Shown here piece by piece: positions 37,208 to 46,120 of a DNA stretch of 64,000 nt; the stretch's first letter is position 1; every line of letters begins with the position of its first letter. This DNA comes from a virus. Its lineage: Duplodnaviria; Caudoviricetes. The position numbers and the translations under genes were made by a program. The notes under the pieces were generated by a model that ran no database searches, had not been told where the DNA came from, and saw only the letters and a list, made by a program, of their open reading frames with translations. Where the stretch lies: positions 16,595 through 80,594 of the IMG/VR virus record IMGVR_UViG_3300028887_000102; one strand, 5' to 3'.

Positions 37208-37738
37208 ATGGAACGACAAGAATTGAAAGTATATGATGCCTATATCATGGAAGTAGATTTCCACCCAGACGATGCCCCCGTCAAGTTGGATGCTATTGTG
37301 TCTAGCAATAGTTCCATAGCGGAAAACGATTGGTCTGGCGAAGCCGCTTGTTTCGCGTGCTATAAGAAAGATGAAGCGGATGCGGAGATTGATTATTGGA
37401 AGCAAGAGAACCGAATATCCAGGAATCTAGCGAATATGGCTTATTCTCTGCAACAACAAGAGAAAGCCGACTTGCAGAAGACTAGGGTAGAACTCCGTGC
37501 AACCAAGATGGCATTGTGGCATTCTAGGGCTAACCGGGCTTTTGAAAAGATTCTATTGTTTACATCCTTGATTCGGGAATACAAAACTTATGTGTATATT
37601 GATGGTCTTGAGAAGAAATTAGGCGATGGCTATTCTAGTCAATTCCGAACACCCCACGAATGGGTTAAGATATTTGAGAGAGTTGAAAAGAAGTGCCGGG
37701 AAAAAGCGGAGATATACGATGACCGAGAAGATGGTTAA
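37208..37738 (+). CDS. Paralog family, class A
   Basis: YKKDEADAEIDYW; ALWHSRANRA; ERVEKKCREKAEIY. Confidence 0.7.
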   Translation: MERQELKVYDAYIMEVDFHPDDAPVKLDAIVSSNSSIAENDWSGEAACFACYKKDEADAEIDYWKQENRISRNLANMAYSLQQQEKADLQKTRVELRATKMALWHSRANRAFEKILLFTSLIREYKTYVYIDGLEKKLGDGYSSQFRTPHEWVKIFERVEKKCREKAEIYDDREDG

Positions 37739-37907
37739 AAGAGCTTTGTGGTTGGCTAGGGCAATCCGTGCTTGTGAGAAATCGGAGATTTTAAATGAAC
37801 GGAGTCTTTTAGCCCTGCCGGAATATCGGCGTTATTGGCGGGATAAGTGTAGGGCTTGGATTCGTGTTGAAGAACTATGCCGTAAGAAAGCGGATTCGTA
37901 CCTATGA
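37719..37907 (+). CDS. Paralog family, class A (minimal core)
   Basis: RALWLARAIRACE; WIRVEELCRKKADSYL. Confidence 0.7.
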   Translation: MTEKMVKRALWLARAIRACEKSEILNERSLLALPEYRRYWRDKCRAWIRVEELCRKKADSYL

Positions 37908-38001
37908 AAATGTGTGGTCCCACCTAAATGCCTATGTCGAGAGTATAATTCCTAGTGGGCTAGATAAAGCATTAGAAAATTTGAATAAGGAATATGATAT
38001 T

Positions 38002-38538
38002 ATGCAGAACGATGAAATCCGGGAAATTCTACCTACCCAGATAACGGAATCAACCGATGTGGCATTCTTACGAACCGTCCGTGAGTATTTGGATGGTCTT
38101 GTCCAAGCGGCAAAGGACAAGGATATTACCGAGCATCTTACGGAATATCGCCCGACGTATGAGGGTAAGTTTATTTTGACCCTTGGAAAGATTTATACCA
38201 AGGCATCATTCGTGAATAACCCGAATGACATCACAATCGCAAAGATTCATAGTGTGGATTATGTTTTGTGTGGGGCATTAAAGTGTCACGCAACCATCTT
38301 CAATATCAAATATAAAGATGATGACAGCCACCGTGCCGCAGGGTTGAACACTACTAATTTTGATAGTGTTTCTATTCGGGCTTATAATCATACCGGGTAT
38401 AGTGTTGAATTGGTAGATAAACCGATATTCTTGACACAAGAACAAGTTCAAACTTATGTGGATGATGCAACGAAACGATGCCGTTTTAATGGCAGATGGT
38501 TTCTTGAAGAAACTGGAATATGGAAGAAGACCGTATGA
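38002..38538 (+). CDS. Hypothetical protein
   Basis: AAGGA RBS before MQNDEIRE. Confidence 0.65.
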   Translation: MQNDEIREILPTQITESTDVAFLRTVREYLDGLVQAAKDKDITEHLTEYRPTYEGKFILTLGKIYTKASFVNNPNDITIAKIHSVDYVLCGALKCHATIFNIKYKDDDSHRAAGLNTTNFDSVSIRAYNHTGYSVELVDKPIFLTQEQVQTYVDDATKRCRFNGRWFLEETGIWKKTV

Positions 38539-38656
38539 AGTGGACTTGGGATGACATAATCATATTTCCGTTGATTGTTCTTGCTGCTATTTTTAATGGT
38601 ATCTGCGATGCTTGGAATCGTATTAGTGGATTCTTTTACCATTTACGGCATCGGAG

Positions 38657-38887
38657 ATGATGATGTGGCACGTGGTAGAAAAAGATGGCTTACCCACGAA
38701 ACCCGGAAACTATGTTGTTGCCTATTGGGATAGTTGTTTTGGTCTCAAGTTCGGTAAACGAGTTTGGAATAACGATAAACAACGATGGTCTATTGAAGTT
38801 CCGCACAAAAAAGTTCTTGCCTACTTTTCGATAGCGGATTTGCAGAGAACTTGTAGAATCGCCTTGAATATGGAGATTGACAAATGA
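38657..38887 (+). CDS. Hypothetical protein
   Basis: MWHVVEKDGLPTKPGNYVV, a typical small phage beta domain. Confidence 0.6.
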   Translation: MMMWHVVEKDGLPTKPGNYVVAYWDSCFGLKFGKRVWNNDKQRWSIEVPHKKVLAYFSIADLQRTCRIALNMEIDK

Positions 38888-39040
38888 TATACAAGATTGA
38901 ATTGAACATTGATTCTAATAAACTTACGGATGCCGAAGTGAATGCTTTGGATGCCATCTTGGATAAGGCTATTCCTGAAATTGAGAAAGTATGCAAGTTG
39001 AAATCCGTTTCCGTAAACTCTATGCTACACTGGAGCAAAG

Positions 39041-39232
39041 ATGAAGATATTACTTGAATTACCCGATGACTTTAAGGAACATTATGACTTTGACAAGTTC
39101 AAGGATTCTCTTGGCAGAGTTTCTTGTGATTTGAAAGAACACGAAGTTCTTATGTCCGGCAATTATGAACAAGAACTTATGGATGCTCTTTACAAGGCAT
39201 TCCCTAATTCAAAGGAGATGAAAGATGGCTGA
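39041..39232 (+). CDS. Hypothetical protein
   Basis: GGAG RBS. Confidence 0.6.
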   Translation: MKILLELPDDFKEHYDFDKFKDSLGRVSCDLKEHEVLMSGNYEQELMDALYKAFPNSKEMKDG

Positions 39233-39395
39233 TTCAATTCCGTTGCCTAAAGATGATTTCGGTAATATCGCAGTTGCTTGTATTACTTGTGGTAATCCTA
39301 TTCGTATTCGTGGTACAAGAGTGTTTCCTATATGCAGAGATTGTATTGCAATGTTGAGAGATATTATTGCCGAAAGGAAAAATAAGACCGAATGA
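39225..39395 (+). CDS. Zinc-finger microprotein
   Basis: VACITCGNP...PICRDCI; overlaps both neighbours. Confidence 0.55.
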   Translation: MADSIPLPKDDFGNIAVACITCGNPIRIRGTRVFPICRDCIAMLRDIIAERKNKTE

Positions 39396-39646
39396 AAAAG
39401 TGTGACTATTGTCAATCGGGTAAATCCTTGTATCATAGTGGTGGTTGGTTTGACTCCGTTGATGTTGATATTAGGGATGGAGACCAGTTGCGATTTTCGT
39501 ACCCGGATGATGAGTGCGAAGATTATTATAGCATCACGATTGATATTAAGTTTTGCCCGATGTGTGGGAGACCACTTAAACCGGAAAACATAAAACATCG
39601 CATACACCTTAAACCATCGGATTACATTGAGCATAGTGGGAGATAG
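39392..39646 (+). CDS. CxxC...FCPMCGR zinc-ribbon protein 1
   Basis: MKKCDYC...IDIKFCPMCGRPL. Confidence 0.7.
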   Translation: MKKCDYCQSGKSLYHSGGWFDSVDVDIRDGDQLRFSYPDDECEDYYSITIDIKFCPMCGRPLKPENIKHRIHLKPSDYIEHSGR

Positions 39647-39647
39647 T

Positions 39648-39857
39648 ATGTGCCAATACTGCGAATTGAATAATCACGGAATGGGTAAGCCCCTAGCAAC
39701 TAATAACAAGGGTAATTTTAAATATCCCCTTGTTGATTTGTGGCGTGACAATGAAACAAGGGATAATAAGATTGTGCTTGTTGTCCATTATGATGAAGAA
39801 GAACCCCTTACTATCGGTATCAAATTTTGTCCGATGTGTGGCAGACCTTTGGAGTAA
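39648..39857 (+). CDS. CxxC...FCPMCGR zinc-ribbon protein 2
   Basis: MCQYC...IGIKFCPMCGRPL. Confidence 0.7.
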   Translation: MCQYCELNNHGMGKPLATNNKGNFKYPLVDLWRDNETRDNKIVLVVHYDEEEPLTIGIKFCPMCGRPLE

Positions 39858-39860
39858 TGT

Positions 39861-40070
39861 ATGTGTTGCTTCTGCGATGGTACAACATCAATGCATTCCG
39901 TCCGGGGCTATGATATTAGTCCTAGAGTAGTTAAGACGGATGCTTGGGCTAGTGCTAGTGGCTGGTGCATCGAGTTTGAGACACCCGATGATTCGGGGTG
40001 GACTACTACCCAAATTGAGATTACTAATTGTCCTATGTGCGGAAGAAAATTAGGAGAGCTCGATGTCTAA
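39861..40070 (+). CDS. CxxC...CPMCGR zinc-ribbon protein 3
   Basis: MCCFC...IEITNCPMCGRKL. Confidence 0.7.
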   Translation: MCCFCDGTTSMHSVRGYDISPRVVKTDAWASASGWCIEFETPDDSGWTTTQIEITNCPMCGRKLGELDV

Positions 40071-40296
40071 TTATTGTATTCGGTTTCAAGACATTTTTGG
40101 GAAAATAAAGAATAGGTGTATCTACAATGCCGTGGATGAAAATGATGCTATCGCAAAGTTTAATGCAGACCCCCGAAAGGATATGGCTTCCATTATCGTG
40201 GTTTCCCCACTTAAACCGATAGACATTGACGAGTGGCATAACGCAGAGATTACGAATAAGACATATATGAAAGGTTTGATTAGGAGACACGAATGA
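40063..40296 (+). CDS. Hypothetical protein
   Basis: GGAG RBS; overlaps neighbours. Confidence 0.6.
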   Translation: MSNYCIRFQDIFGKIKNRCIYNAVDENDAIAKFNADPRKDMASIIVVSPLKPIDIDEWHNAEITNKTYMKGLIRRHE

Positions 40297-40544
40297 GTTC
40301 TTATGATGACATTTTGCATTGGGTTGTAAACTATTTTGTTGATGAAACTATGACTAGCCCCGAATGTCTAGGCAAGAATACTACCTTATCTGAATTAGGT
40401 CGTGATGCGTTTGTGGATAGGGTATTGCTGGTGGTAGCCATAGAAAGTGAGTACGATGTGATTATTAACGATGACGAACGAGATTCGTGGGAAATATTAG
40501 ACGATGTAGCAAAAACAATTTTCAAAAAGGAACATAAGGTATGA
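40293..40544 (+). CDS. Acyl carrier protein-like protein lacking the phosphopantetheine serine
   Basis: TLSELGRDAFVDRVLLVVAIESEYDVIINDDE aligns with ACP [27 protein letters not shown]. Confidence 0.65.
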   Translation: MSSYDDILHWVVNYFVDETMTSPECLGKNTTLSELGRDAFVDRVLLVVAIESEYDVIINDDERDSWEILDDVAKTIFKKEHKV

Positions 40545-41743
40545 TAGAAATTAAAGGTAAATTCAACGTGGCAAAGGTTTTTACCGATAACCTTGAATCC
40601 GAAGCCTATAAGCAAATCTTGAACTTGATGAACCAAAAATTTGCGGAGGGTTCAAAGTTTGCTATTATGCCCGATGCCCATGCAGGGGTTGGGTGTGTTA
40701 TCGGTTTGACGATGAAACTTGTAGATAAGGTTGTTCCAAACCTTGTAGGCGTGGACATTGGATGCGGTATGTTGGTCTTGAAGATTGACAAGTCGTTTAA
40801 AATGGATTTGCCGAAAATGGATAAGATTTGGCATCAAGAAATTCCATCGGGTATGAACCATCGTACCAAGAAGCATCGTTTCGCAGATACCGTGCCACTC
40901 GAAGATTTGGTCACACCGGTTAATGCCGATAAGCTCCGTTTGTCGGTGGGTTCTCTTGGTAGTGGAAACCATTTCGGAGAAGTGGATGTGGATGACGATG
41001 GCAACTATTACATTGTAATCCATTCGGGGTCCAGACATCTTGGTATTGAAGTTTGCAAGTTCCACCAGAACCGAGCGATTGAATACCATCGGGGCAATCG
41101 TGACATTGAAAAGGACATCATCTTGCGATGCAAAGCCGAGGGCAGGGTCAAGGATATTGAAAAGGAACTCCGTGATTTCCACGAAGCGAAGACCCCGATT
41201 CCTAATGAGTTGGCATACCTTGAGGGTTCGTATATGCAAGATTACTTGGCAGATATGCGAATCGCTCAAGATTTCGCCATCAAGAATCGTGAAGCGATGA
41301 TGCAAGTTGTCATTGATTCTATGGGTATTAAGAACCACCATATCCTTGGTAAATTCTGCACTATCCATAACTACATTGACTTGGATGCTATGGTTCTTCG
41401 CAAGGGTTCTATTTCCCTGCAACAAGACCAAATGGCGATTATCCCGATGAATATGCGCGATGGCTCTTTGATTGTCCGTGGAAAGGGAAACCCCGAATGG
41501 AATTTCTCTGGTCCGCATGGAGCAGGGCGTTTGATGTCTCGTTCAAAGGCAAAGGAAACTTTGACGATGGAAGATTTCAAGTCTTCAATGTCCGGCATCT
41601 ACACGACTTGTGTAAGCACCAAGACTCTTGACGAATCCCCAATGGCTTATAAGCCTATGGATGAAATCGTTGAGAACATCCGGGACTCCGCAGACATTGT
41701 ACGGACTATCAAGCCCATCTATAACTTTAAGGCAGAAGAATAA
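40541..41743 (+). CDS. rtcB: RtcB-family RNA ligase
   Basis: MPDAHAG.GCVIG, GVDIGCGM, GSLGSGNHF.E, HSGSR, HNY, PHGAGR, DESPMAYK. Confidence 0.95.
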   Translation: MIEIKGKFNVAKVFTDNLESEAYKQILNLMNQKFAEGSKFAIMPDAHAGVGCVIGLTMKLVDKVVPNLVGVDIGCGMLVLKIDKSFKMDLPKMDKIWHQEIPSGMNHRTKKHRFADTVPLEDLVTPVNADKLRLSVGSLGSGNHFGEVDVDDDGNYYIVIHSGSRHLGIEVCKFHQNRAIEYHRGNRDIEKDIILRCKAEGRVKDIEKELRDFHEAKTPIPNELAYLEGSYMQDYLADMRIAQDFAIKNREAMMQVVIDSMGIKNHHILGKFCTIHNYIDLDAMVLRKGSISLQQDQMAIIPMNMRDGSLIVRGKGNPEWNFSGPHGAGRLMSRSKAKETLTMEDFKSSMSGIYTTCVSTKTLDESPMAYKPMDEIVENIRDSADIVRTIKPIYNFKAEE

Positions 41744-41769
41744 AAATTAAAAATTTTTACAAAATTGTA

Positions 41770-41798
41770 TTGACATCTCCTTGATAATTAGTTATATT
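41770..41798 (+). promoter_or_regulatory. Sigma70-type promoter, copy 6
   Basis: TTGACA-tctccttgataattagt-TATATT. Confidence 0.85.
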
Positions 41799-41834
41799 AC
41801 TAGCGAGTATAACACACAAGGAGATGTTTTTTTT

Positions 41835-41948
41835 ATGTTTTGCTATTATAACGGTATTCCGTGTTCAATTTTTGAAATTGACGAAATCCAGAAGCGGATG
41901 TCGGAAAAGAAGAAAGCCGTTAAGAAGACATCCAAATTTAAAAAGTGA
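41835..41948 (+). CDS. 37-aa basic microprotein (GIPC motif)
   Basis: MFCYYNGIPCSIFEIDEIQKRMSE; AAGGAG RBS. Confidence 0.55.
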   Translation: MFCYYNGIPCSIFEIDEIQKRMSEKKKAVKKTSKFKK

Positions 41949-41955
41949 GTTCCCT

Positions 41956-42105
41956 ATGCATTTTTATTTTCAAGGCATTCCCTGCCCGATTCCAGAGATG
42001 CTGGAACTTATTAGACGGGCTTATTCCGAAGCGAATAAATCCGGCAAGAAAGTGTCCGTACCTAAATTGATGTCGGCGTTCTCTATCGTAAAGGTTAAGA
42101 AATGA
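41956..42105 (+). CDS. 49-aa basic microprotein (GIPC motif)
   Basis: MHFYFQGIPCPIPEMLELIRRAYSE. Confidence 0.55.
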   Translation: MHFYFQGIPCPIPEMLELIRRAYSEANKSGKKVSVPKLMSAFSIVKVKK

Positions 42106-42255
42106 CAATCATCTTGAGTTCCACGGCTCCTTGGGATAAACTAGAAGATTTTAAGGATGCAAAGCTCCCGAATGAAGAAGATGTTCGGGTTGCTTTGGAA
42201 TCATACTTTAATCGTGACCACGAAAATTTTAGTGTAATCAATAACGGAGATTTAT

Positions 42256-42447
42256 ATGTCTAATTCATCAAATTTCTTGGCAGCCACATTAGGTCTTCTT
42301 TCGGGTTCTGGCTACCCGGTGGATGCCATCATTGATTCTTGTTGCAGGGAAACTGCAAAGGATAGGGCAGCGGAACGCCGTATGCATTGGCAAGAAAAAG
42401 AAAGGCTTCGTAAAGAAGAATATAATAAACGATTTGATGGTAGGTAG
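42256..42447 (+). CDS. Hypothetical protein
   Basis: GGAG RBS. Confidence 0.55.
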   Translation: MSNSSNFLAATLGLLSGSGYPVDAIIDSCCRETAKDRAAERRMHWQEKERLRKEEYNKRFDGR

Positions 42448-42551
42448 TATGCTTGGTGTATGCTTGAAAACTAATCCGGCATTTGAAAGGGCTTTGGCTC
42501 GTTTCTTGAAGATGCAAGCGAAAAAGAAATCCAAGAATAACGGATAGACCG

Positions 42552-42779
42552 ATGCCAACGGAATTGAACGATTCGGAAATTCTTGATATGCTTTATCCGC
42601 GTGTGTTGTCAAGGGAAGAATATTATGCCCCTTTTCATCTCACTAGAGACGCTTATCGCAATATGCCATATAGTAGTAAATATTGGTTGCTTTATTGCCC
42701 TGCAACCGAAACTGCGAAACGGCTAGACCCCGAAGACCCTAGAGATGTTCAAATTATGCAAAATTGGAGGCACAAATAA
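42552..42779 (+). CDS. Hypothetical protein
   Basis: Stop overlaps the next start. Confidence 0.6.
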   Translation: MPTELNDSEILDMLYPRVLSREEYYAPFHLTRDAYRNMPYSSKYWLLYCPATETAKRLDPEDPRDVQIMQNWRHK

Positions 42780-43234
42780 TGTCATCGCTTGAAGATGAAA
42801 TCGCAAAAGAAGTAGAATCCGTTATGACGGTTATTCCCAAAGTTGGTGGGGTTTACCACGTGTTCAATGATGGTAAGGTCACTTGGTCACGCCATCATCT
42901 TGAAACTTGTGTGGAAGTGATTCCGTTCAATGATTTCAAGAGCCATAAGATGTATTCCGAATGGCTCGACTGCATCAAGGAATGCGATTGGCTCTATGCC
43001 CAGACAACGGATTATATCGTGGTCTGCAAGGTTATGGATGACCCCGATGACGAATTGGTGTACTACACCCGAACTACGGATGGCGATTGGTTCGGCTTCG
43101 GTACAATGCTTGATGATGGTATTTTGGACACTGATAGAACCCGATGGAAGTATTGGATTGATTATGTGCGAAGTGGTCAAACCGAATATTCTACGGATGA
43201 AATCAAGGAAATGGAAGAAGCCGATAAATATTAG
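42779..43234 (+). CDS. Hypothetical protein
   Basis: TAATG overlap; GGAGG RBS. Confidence 0.7.
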   Translation: MSSLEDEIAKEVESVMTVIPKVGGVYHVFNDGKVTWSRHHLETCVEVIPFNDFKSHKMYSEWLDCIKECDWLYAQTTDYIVVCKVMDDPDDELVYYTRTTDGDWFGFGTMLDDGILDTDRTRWKYWIDYVRSGQTEYSTDEIKEMEEADKY

Positions 43235-43243
43235 GAGATACCT

Positions 43244-43519
43244 ATGGTTGCAAAAACACTTGTTTTGTCTAGTGATTTGGTACAAGCCATCCAGTATGAT
43301 GGCAAAAATAAAGATGAAGTTATCAATTTTTTGGGCGATTTACCTTATGTCCAACATTCCGATGATTCTCTTTGTGTAGTTGATTTGAGTATTTATCAAT
43401 CGCAAACCATTGTATGTGTAGGGGATTACATCATCCGGGATTCTAATGGTAATTATGACTGCATCTCTAAAGAACAAATTGAATCCGATTATGTTGTAGT
43501 GTCCACGGATAATGTATGA
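43244..43519 (+). CDS. Conserved phage protein (AIQYDG.N...GDYIIRD type)
   Basis: VQAIQYDGKNKDEV...VGDYIIRDSNGNY. Confidence 0.65.
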   Translation: MVAKTLVLSSDLVQAIQYDGKNKDEVINFLGDLPYVQHSDDSLCVVDLSIYQSQTIVCVGDYIIRDSNGNYDCISKEQIESDYVVVSTDNV

Positions 43520-43953
43520 AGTACAATATAGAACATCCCGAATATGCAATGAATTTCAAGTTCCTATCCAAGTATCGGAAGGTCAAAGTATCTAATCGGT
43601 TTTATTATTGGAACAAGAATGCATATAAACGAGAATGCCCTTTTTGCCATAAGACACGCAGGGCTGGGTATATCTTCGGATGCCCAGATTGCTACATCTA
43701 TCGTGAGATTGCTTTTCAACTGCGGGGTCTTTCCGAATATATGGCGAAGCAAGGTATTTCGCTTAAATGGGATATGTCGAATAAGAATGTTGCGATTCAA
43801 ACGACGGTGCTTACAACCAACGGACTCCAATACACGGCTACGGACACTTTAACGGTCAAAGAAATAAAGGAACATACACGAACGAAACCACTTGAAGAAT
43901 TGTTCGCAAAGGTAATTGCAAACCAATGTGGTTTCTCATTTAAAGGAGACTAA
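43516..43953 (+). CDS. Hypothetical protein with a zinc finger
   Basis: ECPFCHK...GCPDCY. Confidence 0.65.
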   Translation: MKYNIEHPEYAMNFKFLSKYRKVKVSNRFYYWNKNAYKRECPFCHKTRRAGYIFGCPDCYIYREIAFQLRGLSEYMAKQGISLKWDMSNKNVAIQTTVLTTNGLQYTATDTLTVKEIKEHTRTKPLEELFAKVIANQCGFSFKGD

Positions 43954-43956
43954 TAT

Positions 43957-44277
43957 ATGCCCGATGAAAATAGTAAATGGACTTTTGATGCTCTTGCCAA
44001 TAATTATCCTAATCCTAGTTTTTGGGGGCGTCACAAGTGGTACAATGCAGATGATGTTCAATGCTGGATTTTGCATTTGAAAGAAGTCCATGATAAGGAA
44101 ATGAATGAACTCCGTGAACAAATGCAGAATGAATCTAAAAAGATTCAAATGGATGTTTTTACTGCAATCCAGACAATAGAAGACCAAATCTCGTCTGGGA
44201 TTCAACCGGTCATTAGAAATTTAATTAACACATATCTTAACAATATCAAAGAAGGTATTAACAATGCCGACAAATAA
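43957..44277 (+). CDS. Hypothetical protein
   Basis: AAGGAG RBS. Confidence 0.65.
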   Translation: MPDENSKWTFDALANNYPNPSFWGRHKWYNADDVQCWILHLKEVHDKEMNELREQMQNESKKIQMDVFTAIQTIEDQISSGIQPVIRNLINTYLNNIKEGINNADK

Positions 44278-45166
44278 TAAAGTAGTTGTTCAACTTTTCT
44301 CCGGTGTTCACGGCAACGAACATTGTGCCGTACTTTCGAGCATCCGTGCAAAGGAAATCATCAAGGATGACTCTATGGACATTCGCCTTATGGATGGGGT
44401 TAATGTTCCCGGTTTGCGTGACAATGTTCGTGAAGTAGCCGACCACTCCAAGGATGTAATTACAGACCTTAATCGTAAGTTTACGATTTATAAGGAACCG
44501 GATAAGATTGATGTCATCACAAAACATATTGAAGACACCATTGAACTTGCAGACATCGTTATTGATATTCACAATTCCCCCGCTTGTATGAATTGTGTTC
44601 TTATTTCTAACAACGGATATGCCCCTGCATATATCCAGCATTGCATTAGCCATAATCTTTCGTACCTTTTATGGGAATCCGATACGGACACCATCAAGAA
44701 GTATTCTCAAGATATGAACAAGGTGGGCATTACGATTGAGCTTGGTGGTATGGGTGGCTCCGTGCATCAAAAGCATCTTATTACCGAGCAGACTCAATTC
44801 ATCATTGATGTAATTGAATCTTTCCAGGGTATGTCAAAGGATGTTCTCAAGAAAGTCTTTACACCAACAAAGCCGGGTTCGTTTGAACCTAGTTATCGGT
44901 TCTTTGATTCCAGTTTTTTGTGGCAACCGATTTTCGCACATTCCGAAGGTGTCATTGAATACCTTTATGACGTGGGCGAGTCTATTGATAAGGGTGCGGT
45001 TATTTGCCGTATTCATAGCAAGAAAGATGGTCACGCACCTTATACCGAAGTGGTTTCCCCTTGTACCGGTAAACTCGCAGAAATTTCGGATGCCTTGTAT
45101 GTAAGGGCTGCCGATTGCTTCTGCCATATCCAACCGGATATTCGTTGTAAGGATAAAGAATGTTAG
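44264..45166 (+). CDS. M14 peptidase-fold zinc hydrolase (succinylglutamate desuccinylase/aspartoacylase family)
   Basis: SGVHGNE (HxxE), DLNRKF, IDIHNS, ITIELGG; C-terminal SPCTGKL barrel-sandwich. Confidence 0.8.
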   Translation: MPTNNKVVVQLFSGVHGNEHCAVLSSIRAKEIIKDDSMDIRLMDGVNVPGLRDNVREVADHSKDVITDLNRKFTIYKEPDKIDVITKHIEDTIELADIVIDIHNSPACMNCVLISNNGYAPAYIQHCISHNLSYLLWESDTDTIKKYSQDMNKVGITIELGGMGGSVHQKHLITEQTQFIIDVIESFQGMSKDVLKKVFTPTKPGSFEPSYRFFDSSFLWQPIFAHSEGVIEYLYDVGESIDKGAVICRIHSKKDGHAPYTEVVSPCTGKLAEISDALYVRAADCFCHIQPDIRCKDKEC

Positions 45167-45399
45167 AGCATCCTATCACTGTTGTATATAAGCATCCTTT
45201 TTGTACAATGGATTCATTTGACCATGGAAATAGTGGCAAATACATAATCTTAATGAAAGATTGTTATATCCATGAAGTCACATATCATTGCTACGATGAC
45301 GTGTTCTTCTTAATGGATGGCAAGACAACTATACAACTTAAAGATGTTTATGGCTGGGCTAAAGATAGTTTAGTCATTCAACCTAGAGACTATTTATAG
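45160..45399 (+). CDS. Hypothetical protein
   Basis: Overlaps the upstream stop. Confidence 0.55.
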   Translation: MLEHPITVVYKHPFCTMDSFDHGNSGKYIILMKDCYIHEVTYHCYDDVFFLMDGKTTIQLKDVYGWAKDSLVIQPRDYL

Positions 45400-45408
45400 G
45401 AGATAATT

Positions 45409-45867
45409 ATGTCGTGGACTTGGAAAGTAGATGGCTATGAAGTTGAATGCCGACAAGTGACTAAACCACAAGTATTCGACCCACCGAAGATGATGCTAGT
45501 TAATACTCGCGGTAAACTTGTAATGAAAAAGGTGTATGCTATTCTTGCACCAACCGAACGAGCGAATTTTCCGGTAGTGTGCGATGATGACCATTATGCC
45601 ATTTGTTGTGAAATCCCGAAGCCCCGCAGGGCTACTCATCGTGAACTTTCTGAATGGTGTGCCAAGGGCAATGGTCAATGGAAGCAATCGGGCGATACTT
45701 ATTGGAGCGCCTATAATTATGATGCAAACATCAAAGAAGATGAACCGATTCGTGATGACACGATGATTCGTAAATGGGGAACATCCGAATGGATTGAACC
45801 CGATGCTATTGCGATGGGGCTTCCGAATCCGTATGGTGGGAGGGCTATTCGTGAAAGCGATACCTAA
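45409..45867 (+). CDS. Hypothetical protein (paralog of 32204..32827)
   Basis: KPQVFDPPKMMLVN; TAGGAG RBS. Confidence 0.7.
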   Translation: MSWTWKVDGYEVECRQVTKPQVFDPPKMMLVNTRGKLVMKKVYAILAPTERANFPVVCDDDHYAICCEIPKPRRATHRELSEWCAKGNGQWKQSGDTYWSAYNYDANIKEDEPIRDDTMIRKWGTSEWIEPDAIAMGLPNPYGGRAIRESDT

Positions 45868-46120
45868 AGGAAAGGTGTATGACTGCATTTACTATCGTGG
45901 CGATAACTCTTTAGAAGTTATTCGCTTTTGTGGTGGAAAGGCTCATACCCCAAGTTCGTATAATACTACTTGGCCCCCCATCTATATTACTGCAACCAAT
46001 GGTTGTTGCTATACGGCACCGGTAGGTTCGTATATTGTTAGAGATGGGGATTCTCTTGTGGTGTACGATGAGCAATCCTTTGAACAACAGTTTGACCTTT
46101 ATCAAGGTGGTGCAAATTGA
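45833..46120 (+). CDS. Conserved phage protein, paralog of 43244..43519
   Basis: CIYYRGDNSLEVIRF...VGSYIVRDG...EQSFEQQF; start uncertain. Confidence 0.55.
   Translation: MVGGLFVKAIPKGKVYDCIYYRGDNSLEVIRFCGGKAHTPSSYNTTWPPIYITATNGCCYTAPVGSYIVRDGDSLVVYDEQSFEQQFDLYQGGAN

Noticed and set aside
39392-40070. Lar restriction-alleviation annotation for the CPMCG proteins
   Set aside because: Lar has an N-terminal CPFCG with a different layout; only a generic zinc ribbon is supported.
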